A stretch of 64,000 bases of DNA from Glaucostegus cemiculus (lineage: Eukaryota), in assembly GCA_976551045.1 (NCBI GenBank), contig CDPCPM010000052.1:14198001-14262000 (forward strand), in the 5' to 3' direction. The position numbers were made by a program, and so were the translations under genes. Every line of letters starts with the position of its first letter. The stretch's first letter is position 1. The notes beneath the pieces were generated by a model. That model saw nothing but the letters and a program-made list of their open reading frames with translations. It had not been told where the DNA came from and did not search any database. Positions 26,500-38,830 of this stretch are shown one piece after another.

Positions 26500-26820
26500 G
26501 ACAGAGAACAGTACAGCACAGGAACAGGCCCTTTGGCCCATGTGTGCTGACCTAATTAAGCTAATGATGCCCAATTACACAAATCCCTTCTACTTGCACA
26601 TGGCTCATATCCCACCATTCGCTGCATATTCATGTGCCAATCTAAGAGCCTCGTAAACGCCTCCATTGTACCTCCCTCCACCACCACCCCTGGCAGCACA
26701 TTCCAGGCATCCACCACTCTGTGTAGTAAAACTTGCCCCGCACATCTTCGTTGAACTTTCCCCCTCTCAGCATAAATGCATGCCCCATCAACTTGTGCAA
26801 CCACTTTCAAGGACATTTGG
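26500..26820 (-). mobile_element. CR1 3' end
   Basis: HRVVDAWNVLPGVVVEGGTMEAFTRLLDWHM and ACAGGCCCTTTGGCCC tail. Confidence 0.85.
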
Positions 26821-27099
26821 TAATGATGCACAGAAATAAACTTTGGGATCCACACTGAAATGAATGGGGTCCAATTGGAAAATGCACACATGCACTTCTT
26901 CCTGGTTATGAAACACCCTAATGTTGTTGCAAACTTGTTTCTGACAAATTTCATGATATGTTAAATTGAACAATGGGGTGAATCTAGGTGAAATCTAGGC
27001 TTAATGGTCACTATCCGTTGTATTTCCTTTGCAATTAATGTTCTCTTAGCATTTTTTTAAATGGGTTGTGTGGAATCATATTGACAGAAAGAATAAGAT

Positions 27100-27417
27100 A
27101 CTCAGATTTAAAACTCTCATTCTCATGTTCTCATTCCTTCATGGTTATCTCCCTCCTATCTCTATAATCTGCTCAGCTCTTTTTTCCTCGAGATCTAGCC
27201 TCTTGTGTCTCAAAAGTCCCTTCCCTCACCCTTAACTCTAATCTCCAGTGCATCCAAAAATACGTTCCCCAACCTGATGCCTTCTACGTTTCCTCCTATT
27301 CCTTTCAAACCATCCTGAAAAAGAACTCTGTGACCCAACTTTCAGTCACCCCTTTTGGACATCTTTGGGTGAACATTGAATTCTGTTTGATTTTACTTTG
27401 TGGAGACTTTGGAATAT
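27100..27417 (+). mobile_element. L2 3' region relic
   Basis: GATTTAAAACTCTCATTCTCATGTTC...CTCCCTCCTATCTCTATAATCT and a degenerate tail. Confidence 0.55.
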
Positions 27418-27917
27418 TTAATAGGAAGGATGTTGAGGCTTTAGAGAGGGTGCAGAGGAGATTTACTGGGATGCTGCTTGGATTAGAGGGCATATGCTAT
27501 CAGGAGCGGCTGGACAAACTTGGGCTCTTTTCTCTGGAGCGGCGGAGGCTGAGAGGTGTTCTGTTAGAACTGTATAAAATTATGAGGGGCATAGATAGGG
27601 TGGACAAGCAATATCTTTTTCCCATTACTGAGAGATCCAATACCAGAGGGCATGCATTTAAGGTGATAGGGAGTAGGTTCAGAACAGACGTGATGGGTAC
27701 TTTTTTCACTGAGAGAGAGGTGGATGCCTGGGATGTGTTGCCTGATAGGGTGGTGGAGGCAAATTCATTGGGGGCTTTTAAGAGGGGCTTGGATGAGCAC
27801 ATGTATGAGCGGAAGATAGAGGACTATGGGCATTCTGTAGGTAGGAGGGAATAGCTATGTCGGCACAACATTGTGGTCCAAAGGGCCTGTTCTGTGCTCT
27901 ACTGTTTTATGCTCTGT
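27418..27917 (+). mobile_element. Relatively young 5'-truncated CR1 with open ORF2 C-terminus, inserted in an L2 tail
   Basis: RKDVEALERVQRRFTGML...LGLFSLERRRLRG...AFKRGLDEHM and a 3' AAGGGCCTGTTCTGTGCT tail. Confidence 0.92.
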
Positions 27918-28424
27918 TTTTCCATGTCAGTTTTCTAAATGCAGGTTCCTGATTTATATTCTCCTCACCCTGGCTGTAATGCGAAAGGCTTGATACACTT
28001 TTTAGGCAGGGTTATGTTTCATATGGATAGTCTGGCTGCATTTACAGTGGGAGGTAATCTGCTCTGTTAGATTATGATGTAGGCAGAGGAAATGAAAATT
28101 ATCTTCATGAGCCTTGAATTTCTATTACTGTATGTAGTACAATAGGGTTGTGCTCTACTTTACAGAATTTTACTAATTTCTTCATACATTAGATATAGAT
28201 TCTCCTGAAGTCTGATTAGATCTTCAGGGAAGAGCTACAATGTCATATTTCATGCTATTTTAATATCACTTGATAAAATTATTCTGTGTCGATGAAGACA
28301 AGACTTGTTCATAGAAGCAAGTTTTTAACAGGAGGGTTGAGGCCTCCTTTAACCGAATTTACAGGGCACAACGTTCCAGGGATCATTGCCCAGGAGCGTG
28401 AAACATTACAGGTAGGTACTTCTT

Positions 28425-28524
28425 CAACAACAAACAATCTGCTGGAAGAACTCAGCAGGTCGAGCAGCATCTGTGGGAGGAAAGGAATTGTCGATGTTTC
28501 GGGTTGAAACCCTGCATCAGGACT
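28425..28524 (-). repeat. Single arm of Penelope-derived repeat with hammerhead motif at 28489-28524
   Basis: Minus strand reads agtc CTGATGC agggtttcaaccc GAAA ca TC gac. Confidence 0.8.
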
Positions 28525-29189
28525 CTTCAGCTTCAACTTCTTCAAGTTGTCTCTGTTAAAGACAGCTTGTACTGCATCTTCAACCAGCCTGTCGCCCTGA
28601 CACCCTCTAAACATCTCTCTGCTCCACACCACCCAAATCACTACAGTGACTTCAGAAGTTCCTCACTGTTAAATAAGCAGCATGAGAGATTGTTAATCTT
28701 GTATTATTGGGCCAAGTAATTGTAATGTGCCCAAAAACTGTGCCAAAAATAGGGCAACTGACAGCTTTGTGAGTGATTCCCATGAAACTATTTTGCATCA
28801 AGCATAAGGTCGAGACAATAAAATAAGCACTAGATGACAAATAATCTCCTATTCCTATGGTCAAGGACATAAGGAAATAGGAGGAAGGGGAGGCCTCTCA
28901 GCTCTTCAAGCCTGCCCCTCTATGCAAATGAGCATGGCTGATCTGCCCCAGCCCTTCATCCTTTCAAATCGTTCAGGATGAATGACAAAATGTCTGCACT
29001 GAAGTGCAGAGCCAAAATCTAACTTCAGAAATTCCTAAATGTTCAATAAGCAACGTCAAAGATTCTTCATCTTATTGGGCCTGGTAACTATAATGTGCCT
29101 GAAAATGTAAACTGAAGTAATACCCTGCATGGGGCCAGTGAGTGTGTATACCCAAAGCAACATTGTGGAGTCAGTGGAGTGAAATCTCT

Positions 29190-29890
29190 CCAGTGCTTTG
29201 TGGTGCTGACTGTATGTTCTTCTTATTGTGGTAGACTTAGACTGGGTGTTGAGTTTGAGGTTTTCAGCTTCAAGCACTCTTTTGTCAAATTTCCAAAGGC
29301 TGTGCTGGCACAATGAATGGAAATTGTGGTGAGTTTCATTATTGATGTCTGCCTTTACTGGGAGGGTGGCTTCTGAAATATCTGAATCATGGATGCTGAT
29401 CATCAGAAGATCGTGTGGCTACGATAGGTTGCCAAAGAACCACTGCATTCAAGATCAATGGCGACTTGGAGCTGAGTTTCCAAATGTATATGCGTGCAAG
29501 CATCATCTGCGTACTGTGATTCAATGACGCAGATTGGGTTGAACATGGTTCTGGAGTGAAGGTAACCAAGGAAGATTGAGAAGGCAATTGGTGCAATGAT
29601 TCAGTCTTTGCTGACCAAAATCTGCCACAGGATTGGATCATGGTGGACCCGCTGTTTAGGATTACATCTTGTACCCCATTGTGCAGCAGACATCGAACGG
29701 CAATGCATTCCTGGGGGCAGACAAAATCTGAGGAGGATTTCCCATAATCCCCCCCAGTTGTTGGAGTTGAATGTTTTGTGAGGTCAGAAAAGACCAAGTA
29801 CAGTGGTTGGTGCTGCTACCTGAATTTTTTTTTGGATTTATCACATGGCAAATACCTCCATACATCATATGCTGGAAGGAATCTGGATTA
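29190..29890 (-). mobile_element. RTE-clade LINE relic
   Basis: LLHNGVQDVILNSGST and TLPVKADINNETHH...KRVLEAENLKLNT resemble RTE RT segments. Confidence 0.75.
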
Positions 29891-29899
29891 CACATCTAG

Positions 29900-30216
29900 G
29901 AGGAGCTCTGGCAACAAGAAGGGGTGGTTGAAGAGGATCTTTGCACCACCAGGTTCAAGAATGGCTATTTCCCTCCAACCTTTCAGCTCTTGAACCAACC
30001 TGCCTAATCACTACCTTGTTATAGCAACACGATGGCCACTTTGCGCTACAGTGGACTTTTTTTTGTTCTAATTGTATTCTTTCTTGTAAGAATTATGTCT
30101 ATGTTTTTCTTGTGAATGTTGTGAAATGATGCGATGTGCCTGTGATGCTGCTGCTAGTAAGTTTTTCATTGCACCCGTGCATACATGTACTTGTGCATAG
30201 ACAATGAACTCAACCT
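29900..30216 (+). mobile_element. Rex1/Babar-like LINE 3' end
   Basis: ACCACCAGGTTCAAGAATGGCTATTTCCC (TTRFKN.YFP) followed by a typical 3'UTR. Confidence 0.7.
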
Positions 30217-30559
30217 TTGACTGTTTTGAATCTTTGATGACCTTCTCACTGGTCTTTGTAATTCGTTGAGTGTGGAGATTGAGTGATTTCCTTCAAACAG
30301 CTGGGAGCTGCAAACTGTGGGGTATGACCAGGGGTCAATGGCAGCAGCCTGGAATGTTCCTGAGGTGAGGAAGCTGTGAATGGGCTTACCTTGAGCCTGC
30401 AAGTAAAGCACCCATGTTAGACTGTGTTTGAGGTCGCAAAAGGTCACAGATCTCAAATGAGGACATGGAGTGAAGTGTGAATGCTGGCCCTTCAAATAGC
30501 ACAGATTCAGGGCAAACAGGGTGAGTTATTTCCCATCAACCTTTTGGTTCTTGAACCAA

Positions 30560-30872
30560 GCTGGTACATACCACTAGGCTCAAGGACAGCTTCTATCCCA
30601 CAGTGATAGGGCTATTGAATGGTTCCCTTATACGATGAGATAGACTCTTAACCTCACAACCTACCTTGTTATGACCTTGCACCTTATTGTTGACCTGCAT
30701 TGCACTTCCCTGTGGCTGTGTCACTTTACTCTGAATTCTGTATTGTTTTACCCTGTACTACCTCAATGCACCACGTAATGAATTGATCTGTACGAACGGT
30801 ATGCAAGACAAGTTTTTCATTGTACCTCAGTACGAATGACAATAATAAACTAATACCAATAAACCAATACCA
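30560..30872 (+). mobile_element. Rex1/Babar-like LINE 3' end with (AATACC)n tail
   Basis: TTRLKDSFYPTVIGLLNG motif and AATAAACTAATACCAATAAACCAATACC. Confidence 0.75.
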
Positions 30873-32235
30873 AATTATCATTTTTCAGAAGAGTGAAATT
30901 CACAATCTCACATAAATTGAACTGTAGAGTTGCAGTCCTATCGATGTTATCTGGGAATTCCTCATCAGAATAACTTGCAAGTGCAAATGAAAATCATGCT
31001 AAAAAGCCAGGAGTCCAATTTTCCGATGGGTGCAAAAACACCCAGAAATGTTCACAATATTTCTCTGCTCCAAGTTAAGCTGACTCTCAGCAACCCTGCA
31101 CTGTTATTTTTGGAGTTGTGCAAAGCAAGCCCTCAGCCAAGTCCACAACTTACCACCTGAAAACACATCGTGTCAGTAATGCCATATTTTTTGGAAGCAT
31201 TTAATAAATGTAGGCGTAATACAAGCAGCATCTATCAATGAATCTTCATTTGTGAGTTCCTCCATTTTGAGTATGAGTACCTGTTCTTAGAACATTGCTT
31301 TTGTAAATCAGTTCAGCAAGCTTTGGATTTTAAAACTATTTGAAAGGAAACATAAATGATGGAAAATATATCAAAGGAAGCAATTTTAAATCTACAATTG
31401 TGCATTTTACATCAGGGACTGTTCAGATGGTATTTATATATTGCTTGATTTATGATTTGTAGCAAGGGATTGGGTGCGTCACATATTCTTGGATCTATGG
31501 TCAACTCCTGTTCAAAGATGATTAGATGAAAACCTTTTCTATGTAATACCTATGAGGAGCTTGTTCCTTGATAACCCTGTTTTATGTGGCTATGTATCTG
31601 GCATAAAGGTGTCTGTAATTCAACACCATTTGTGTATCTTCATCATTGCCTTCATACTTTTGCTGTATTTCCTTGAACATCTGAAAGTTAAAAAGGCACT
31701 AGAGTAAAGTTTGGCTCAACAACGGGGAGAGAAAGACAGGATGTGCGTGCCTACACCACCTGCACTTGTAAATCAGAAAGAAAGTGTGGGATGAAGCAGA
31801 AAATGATTGGAAAGAGGAGGATCAGGTGTGACGAGACCACAATAATGAATATTTTCACAAACTCAACAAAGGGCACTCCATTTTCAGGACACGTCAGGAT
31901 CGTGCCCTCCCCGGTTAGTTACTGTTACCTCCTGACTTGGGCCATCTTCTCCAGTGAATGAGGGAAGTACGTCAGTGATGCTGCACAATGTGTCCCTCAG
32001 AGTAATGTATCTGCAAGCTTGTGGCAGGTCGAAGTGTGACAGGGCGTGGTTGAATATATTAATGTTGGGTCTTAGGTAATGGATAGAAACTGTTGGCAGG
32101 TGAATGACGGGGGTGAGACGCATTCAGAAAAACTTGAGGCCAGTGCAGTTGATGGGATATGGCATCAGAAGGTGCACTTGCTGAACACCACCACTTGTGA
32201 GATCATTGAACATTTTGCCAGTCGTCTTCGGGGTA

Positions 32236-32275
32236 CTTGGACCTTGGGACTTGGAACTTGGAACTTGGTCCTTGA
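32236..32275 (+). repeat. Degenerate 7-bp tandem repeat (GGAACTT)n
   Basis: ACTTGGACCTTGGGACTTGGAACTTGGAACTTGGTCCTTG. Confidence 0.75.
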
Positions 32276-33270
32276 CCTCTGGCATTGACATCCCATTGAC
32301 TTTAGAGTGAAGGGCTTCCTACCTCTCTATTCCTTCATCATGCTCTCCCCTGAAGCATCCAAAAATTGGCAACCTATCCCCGCACTTTGTCCATTATCTT
32401 GTTGTGCATCCATTGGCACATCACTGTCATTTTAGCAATGGCCTCCACCAATTGCTCCACACACAAAGCAGCTGCATTTTGAGAAGAGCAAGCCAATTTA
32501 AATGGGTGTGAACCTCTCATAGATTAGGCCCTCCTCTGATACAATAGAACTTGCAACAGGGAAGTTGGCATTAACTGGACACTGAAATTATTCCAAAGAA
32601 CAGGCAGGACAGTTTCTGCTACCAGTCAATTGACCAGCTTGTGGGACGTGATCTACTTTCGACTCAATTGTTTCTGTTTAATATAGAAATGTCTTGTCCA
32701 CCTTGGCATTTTGCAACATTGGAATATTTATACCTACTCATTCAGTGTTCACTAAAGAGCCACACTTCACAAAGGTATTTCATAATTTATATAAAACAGC
32801 AACAATTAATAGCAAGAGTACAAATGGTTTTCAGCTGACTCGTTCACACTCACTCTTCTCTGGCTCCTCCTGCTTTTAAAGTACGTTTAGCTGAATTGGT
32901 CCACGAGTCATCAGATGTTCCATTTACTCTTTTAAGTTGATTTCGACATTCTTCAGCAAAATCGCGACAATCTTCAATGCAATTTATGATATGGATCATC
33001 AATGTATCTATGGTAAACCATTTCCTTTCATGACTACAGTAATGTCAGTATAATAAGCTGTAATTTTAGTAAAGCTGTTGTAATAAACTATCTAGTCCAG
33101 AGTATTGTGTAGTCACAGAAAGGAGTGGAACGTTTCCGATGGGAAACTCACAGGTCACTCCAACAGCTACAGCAACCAGGGCAGAAACCCCACAAAGTTA
33201 ATCCTGTTGAGAACCGACAGTAGAAAAGGCCCAGTCTGGTTGGTCGTCTGGCTAAGAAGAGGGCATCCCC

Positions 33271-33773
33271 CTCAAACTATATCATGTCGAAACTTGGAAA
33301 AAATCAGTACTGTTGACTCTTCGCTTAAATTTGAAGATATTTGGAGTCCATTTATTCAATACTTTCATATGATATAATCCCTTTTCAATAACTTTTCAAT
33401 TTAAAGGAATGGAGTTGACAACATAATATTGCTCTGTTTTTTTTGGAGAAATTTCAGTCCAGTTTTTTTTTCTTTTTTTTAGTCTCTTTTTTTCCAGAAA
33501 TTTTCTTCATAGTTTAGTCTGTTATATGACAATTTTTTTTTATTGATTTGGGGATTCACTTTTTATATATATAATAAATCCTTTTTTTTCTTCTTTTATA
33601 TTATATTAATCTCCTGAGATTCTGAGATCTAATGAATTTTTTATATATTTTTTTTGATTATCTTTGCCATGATTGCTCTCATGATCCCTTTGTATTACAT
33701 GTACAATCATTGATGTTATATATCATTCTGTATTAATTTGGAAACAAATAATAAAAAGATTGAAAAAGAAAGA
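33271..33773 (+). mobile_element. 5'-truncated L1-clade LINE 3' end with a 17-bp target-site duplication
   Basis: SCRNLEKISTVDSSLKFEDIWSPFIQYFHMI* (fish-type L1 ORF2 end), T-rich UTR, AATAAA and (GAAA)n tail. AAGAAGAGGGCAYCCCC at 33254-33270 and 33774-33790. Confidence 0.85.
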
Positions 33774-34140
33774 AAGAAGAGGGCACCCCCATAGGCGAAA
33801 GGATGTTTCATGTGCCAAAGTTCAGCTGTTGACGGCTAACTTTATGTTTAACCTCTGTCTATAAAGGAAAGTTCCACCGGGCTGAGGGATCAGTTTTACA
33901 TCCAGAGATTTTGCCTTGGCACAAATCCCTTAGGGCATTCACAGTGGAACTTGTGTTTTGTGTTACTGGCATAGGCATGGAGGTCTGGCATGCATAGTTT
34001 TAAATACCTCAGCCGAAGGCTGCGACTTAAGTCAGTCTGGCACCAAAAACAACAACTTTCATGACTTAACACCTTTAGCTTTGAGGAACATCCTTCACAG
34101 GGGTCTCATCATGCAAGTAGTTAGACTATAATCAAGCACA

Positions 34141-34432
34141 GGGTGGCACAATGGCACAGCTGCTTCTGTGGAGTTTGCACGCTCTCCCTGTGACTCTCTG
34201 GGTATTCTGGTTTCCTCCCATACCCCAGAGATGTGCAGGCTGATTGGCTAACTGGCCACTGTAAACTGCCACCAGTTTGTTAGTGTGTGGTAGAATGTGG
34301 GGGCAGTTAATGAGAATGTGGGGAGAATATAAAATGGTGTTAATGTAGGATTCGTGTAGATGGACTGTTGATGGTCAGTATGAGCTCAGCGAGCCTAAAG
34401 TCCTGTTTCCGTGCTGTATGTCTCTATGACTC
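34141..34432 (+). mobile_element. HE1/V-SINE inserted in an L2 relic
   Basis: GGGTGGCACAATGG head, TGTGGAGTTTGCACGCTCTCCCTGTG core, CCTGTTTCCGTGCTGTATGTCTCTATGACTC tail. Confidence 0.85.
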
Positions 34433-34434
34433 CA

Positions 34435-35060
34435 ATAAGGTCAAAAAGTCCAGCTTTTTGATGTTAAAAAGGGTGATGTTAACATCAAAAAGGGTGATGT
34501 TAAAGGAAGGAAGGAAGGTGGAGACTTTCAGAAACAAGTTCTTGAGGGTGGAATCTAACCAGAGAGGCCAAGGACGAAACTATATCACAAGGGTCCACAC
34601 CTGCAGATTTGGAGAATTTGATGGTGGCTGAGGGGATGAAGGATGTTCCAGAGGTTGAGGGGTGGATCCCCCAATGGGATTTTAAAGGGACAGAAGAAAC
34701 TGAAAGTTAAGGCAATTTTGATCCAACATAGGTCTGCATGGAAGCGATGAGTGAGTGGAATGACAGTGGATAGCATAAAGCCAGCAGAAATTCAGGAAGT
34801 TTAGAGACTGGGAGTCTGGAAAGTGTTGGGTTTCTTCAGTCTGGAATTGAAAGAGGCAGAGATAAGGATTTCAACAGGGCTAAGGCTATGGCAGAAGCCT
34901 GTGATGTTACCAAGGCAGAAAATGGTAGTTCTTTAAATGAGGAAAATAAGGTGGTAAGAGTTCAGTTTAGAGGCAAGGGAAGAGAAACCTTTGAGGGGCA
35001 TGGTGTGATTCACCAGGTCAAAGACCGCTCCGAGCATAACGAGGAATAGTGGTGCACCAC
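34435..35060 (-). mobile_element. L2 ORF2 relic
   Basis: LFLVMLGAVFDLVNHTM resembles LLVLLDLSAAFDTVDH; L2-type tail at about 34050-34100. Confidence 0.55.
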
Positions 35061-37399
35061 CGATGTAACTTTCATTAGGGCTGAAAGAGAAAGAGAGACT
35101 GTTAATCATATCACCACAAACATTAAAAAAGAGTTGTCATATTTCAAGATTATTGTGAAGAACATTTTCAAGAGATTGTTTTTTAATGATTCTGCTATCA
35201 TGAGGCCTTTATATTATAGTGTGCTCTGCCTAAAGTAACCTTAATTCAACCACTCTACAGAACTGAAGAAATGTGCGACGCAATTGGCTGCCACAGAGGA
35301 CAATCATTTATAACAGATTACATTCCAGGCAGGTCATGGCAACTTTCAAACTTCCATAACTGTCAGATGCCAGTTTAAAGTGACGCATGTGTGGTCTTGT
35401 AAGTAGCACAATTTGTTCTAAAATATATCATGTGATTTTAGCCATCTAAAGAACAAACTTTTGACTGAAGTTAGCTTGACTTGCAATAGAATCCTTGATC
35501 CAAGTACTTAACTTTTTGGCATCAGACAATCGGCTTTCATAACTTGAACGCATTTTTTTTTAAACATTGTTGGGTCCGTCTCAATCATTCATGTGAAGGG
35601 TAAATTTATCATAACCTACACAGCTTTTTTAACCAAAGAAGAACAATTTAACATCTCAAAAGATTTAAAATGGAGTTCTGAAGCATCTAGAATTCCTAGA
35701 ACAATGCTTTCCTCAATATTTTTTTGAGAGAATTTAATACTTTACTATGCCGTAGATAGAATAAAGATTGCAAAATATGTTTTTCTATAGAAGGAATGGG
35801 GGAAATTTTAATTTACAAGGATTTGTGGCAGATAAAGGAAACAACTTCTTGCTTTTCGAAAGGAAAGCTTGCTGTTTCCATTAAATGATATGTCCATACG
35901 ATTTTTAGATGTTAGTTCAGAAATAAGAGCGTGGTGCCTCACCTTTTATGTAGTTCTCCAGCGGGAAAACTCCGACCACCATCTGCTAAATTCAAAACAT
36001 TTGAGTTCTTGGCAGTAAGCCACAAGGTTATATAACATACCATTAAATAAATGTTTGAATAGTAAAGAGAAAATTAGATGGAGTAGGAAGACAGAATTTA
36101 ACATGACAATGTATTAACAATTTTACACCAAAGCACTTAACTGTTCATAAAAGAGGGAAATTATTTCATTTTCATTCAAACATTGAGAGATTCCAAAACT
36201 CCATATTTTTATTAGTGTAATTTTCATCCTTTAGTTTATTGAGGGAAAGGGTTGCTGGTGTTTCATATCATGTATTCAACACACAATGGTATTTTTCTAT
36301 GCCACTCACAAATCCATTACATTGACTGAACTATGTGCTTTTAGTTTCGTTGCTCAGATCTTTATATACTACCAGGGGCTTCCAAATACCATTCCTGCTT
36401 TTAACAAGCATTTTTCCCACTAAGTTTTCTCAACTTTTAGAATCACAGAAATTTCTTTTTAGTGCCTTGCAAATTGTAAACTAAAGTGCTTCACTCTGTA
36501 TAATTATTGACATGCAAAAACTCAGTGTTGTCCTTATCTGTAAATCAAAACATGAATGACATCTTGGTTCAAATACTACAGGCACATACAGTGACTGTTT
36601 TCCCATAACTTCAAACGAATGTGTATCAGTCATGCAAAATACCATGAAGGCCACATTCATTACACCATTGCCCTGATTTCCATTGGTAGAGAGACTGAAC
36701 GGGAAAGGAAATTCAGCTGAGCTGTGGTCATTCTTGGTATTCCAGTCAGGAGTTGAGGCGAGGGACAGAAACTGCTGGGAGCTTCGTCAAGGTATTCAAA
36801 AATGGGAACAAAATGGATCCTGCACAATGTTCAGCCAAGAAGCAAGATAACTGGCATTTGAATGAGGAGGACTTGGAAATGGGAACACTCCTGTGCAGGT
36901 CCACACATTCACAAGGTAAAGGAAATGCTTCTTCCTTGAAGTTTTGCTTTGGTTCCTTTTTGGCATTTTGGTTTCAGCCATGGTTAGATGGTCATGTTAT
37001 TTGTTCTTTATAGGAATCAGAAGGCTTGGCAGCAGGGTTCCAGACAGTTGGTGTGTTTGGAGGACAAGGTGACCTAAGGGTAGTCATGGCTCAATTGCCC
37101 CAAATTGAATCTGAAAAATTTGCGGAGACAGGTGGTAGACTTCACTTGGAAAATGGAGCTGTTGGAGACTTTTCTTCCTGATGATGGCTGATTGTACCAC
37201 ACAGTGACGGTGGGTCGAAGAGCTTCCTCCTGTGCAGTACATTTCTATGAACCTATATTCTTTATCCTAGTTAACCTTAGGAAGTTTTCAAGTCATGATG
37301 TGCTTAGAAAGATAGTGCATGGTCAAAGGTGTGCGCAGGTGAACAAGTACTAGGGTTTGTTCAGCTCCACCTGTCAAGATACCATTGATCACAGCTGTA

Positions 37400-38830
37400 G
37401 GCCTATGGATAGAAAGAGATGTTGGCTGTCAAGTACCTTTCTATACTAATCCCATTTTTCAACACTCATGGCCCATCACCTCCTATGTCATATATTGTCA
37501 TCTAAATGTTGTGAAAGTACCTGCCTCCATCACCCACTCAGCCAATGTAGTTCAGATTTCAACCACCTTCTGGGTGAAATAATAATCCTCCTTAATTCCC
37601 CTCCACATCTATCCCTCATCTTAAACCTATGCTGTCTGTTCATAGCTACCTCTGCTCAGTGAAACATTCCTCACTGTTCTATGTCCCCCACAGCTTTGTC
37701 TACCTCAGTCAGGACCCCTTCATCTTTCTCCAGCCCAGCCTATCCGGTTTCACCTCATAGCTGAAACACTCCATCCCAGGCAACACTCGGGTCAACCTCC
37801 TCTGCGCCCTCTCCAGTCTGATCATCTTCGCCGGAGGCGAAGGAGCCGGGGGTCGTCGGCCTGCGGGGCCGGAGGCGAAGGAGCCGGAGGTGGTCGGACT
37901 GCGGGGCCGGAGGTGGTCGGACTGCGGGGCCGGAGGTTGTTGATGGTCTGTGGGCCCTGAGGTTGTAGGTCTGCGGGGGTTGGAGGTGGTCGTCGGTGCG
38001 GGGTGAGGCAGGGGGGCTGTTAATGTTTTGATGTTTTTGTCCAGGTGTCCTTTATTGTCTTTGATGTCTTTTGCACATGTATACGTGTAAGTAAAAATCA
38101 ATAAATTGATCCTGAATTTAAGTTCAATCCCCTTAGCTTTTAAGGTGTAATGATCTGTACTATGTATTCTGCCAAGTGTGTATGTGTCTCTGTTGATTGT
38201 TATGTTATTTTTTTGTATGGGACAAGCACCTGAGGAGGACGGTATATCGCTCCTCTGCATACTTTGTATGTATGTGGTTGTGACAATAAAACTGATTCTG
38301 ATTCTGATTCTTCTTCTAATGTGATAACTAGAATTGCACGCAATACTCCAGCTGTGGCCTTACTAATATTTCATATAGTTTTACCATTATCTCCCTGCTC
38401 TTACTTTCTATGACTTCGTCAATGAAAACAAAAATACCATATATCTTCTTAGTCTTGCGCTTCAGAGATCCTTGGACATGTAGAAAAAATTCTTCAACTG
38501 CTCAGTATTTTCTCGAGTCCCACCATTCAGTTGTATATACCTTAACTGTATTTGTCCTCCTAAATTGTAACAGATCACGTTTTTTAGGATTAAGTTCCAT
38601 TTAGCTTTTCTCCAGCCATCATACCAACTGATCAATATCATTTTGTAAAGCCAAACACTAGCCTCCTCGCTGTCAACAACACCAGTAATCTTCATGTCAC
38701 CTGAAAATTTGTTAGTATGTGTAAGCAACAGTAAGAGTCCCATTACCGATCAGGTCACAGGTTTCCAATTGAAAAAACAACCTTCGACCATCACCCTCTA
38801 TCTCCTTATCCCCAAGCCAATTTGACGTAG
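37400..38830 (-). mobile_element. CR1 ORF2 3' part, interrupted by an insertion at 37830-38308
   Basis: LERAQRRLTRVLPGMECFSYE and NKFSGDMKITGVVDSEE (KFADDTK motif). Confidence 0.85.
37830..38308 (+). mobile_element. Retrotransposed insert: CpG-rich 23/15-bp minisatellite, T-rich segment, AATAAA and (CTGATT)3 tail
   Basis: Interrupts CR1; possible TCTTC duplication at 37825-37829 and 38309-38313; tail identical in type to 58330-58352. Confidence 0.75.

Noticed and set aside
27330-27854. 174-aa ORF as a host gene
   Set aside because: C-terminus of CR1 ORF2 in a 5'-truncated copy.
36753-37013. 86-aa ORF
   Set aside because: The start resembles the degenerate CR1 segment PLFKKG..PGNYRP.
37709-38260. 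183-aa Pro-rich ORF
   Set aside because: Antisense reading of the GC-rich minisatellite fused to CR1 ORF2; not a host gene.
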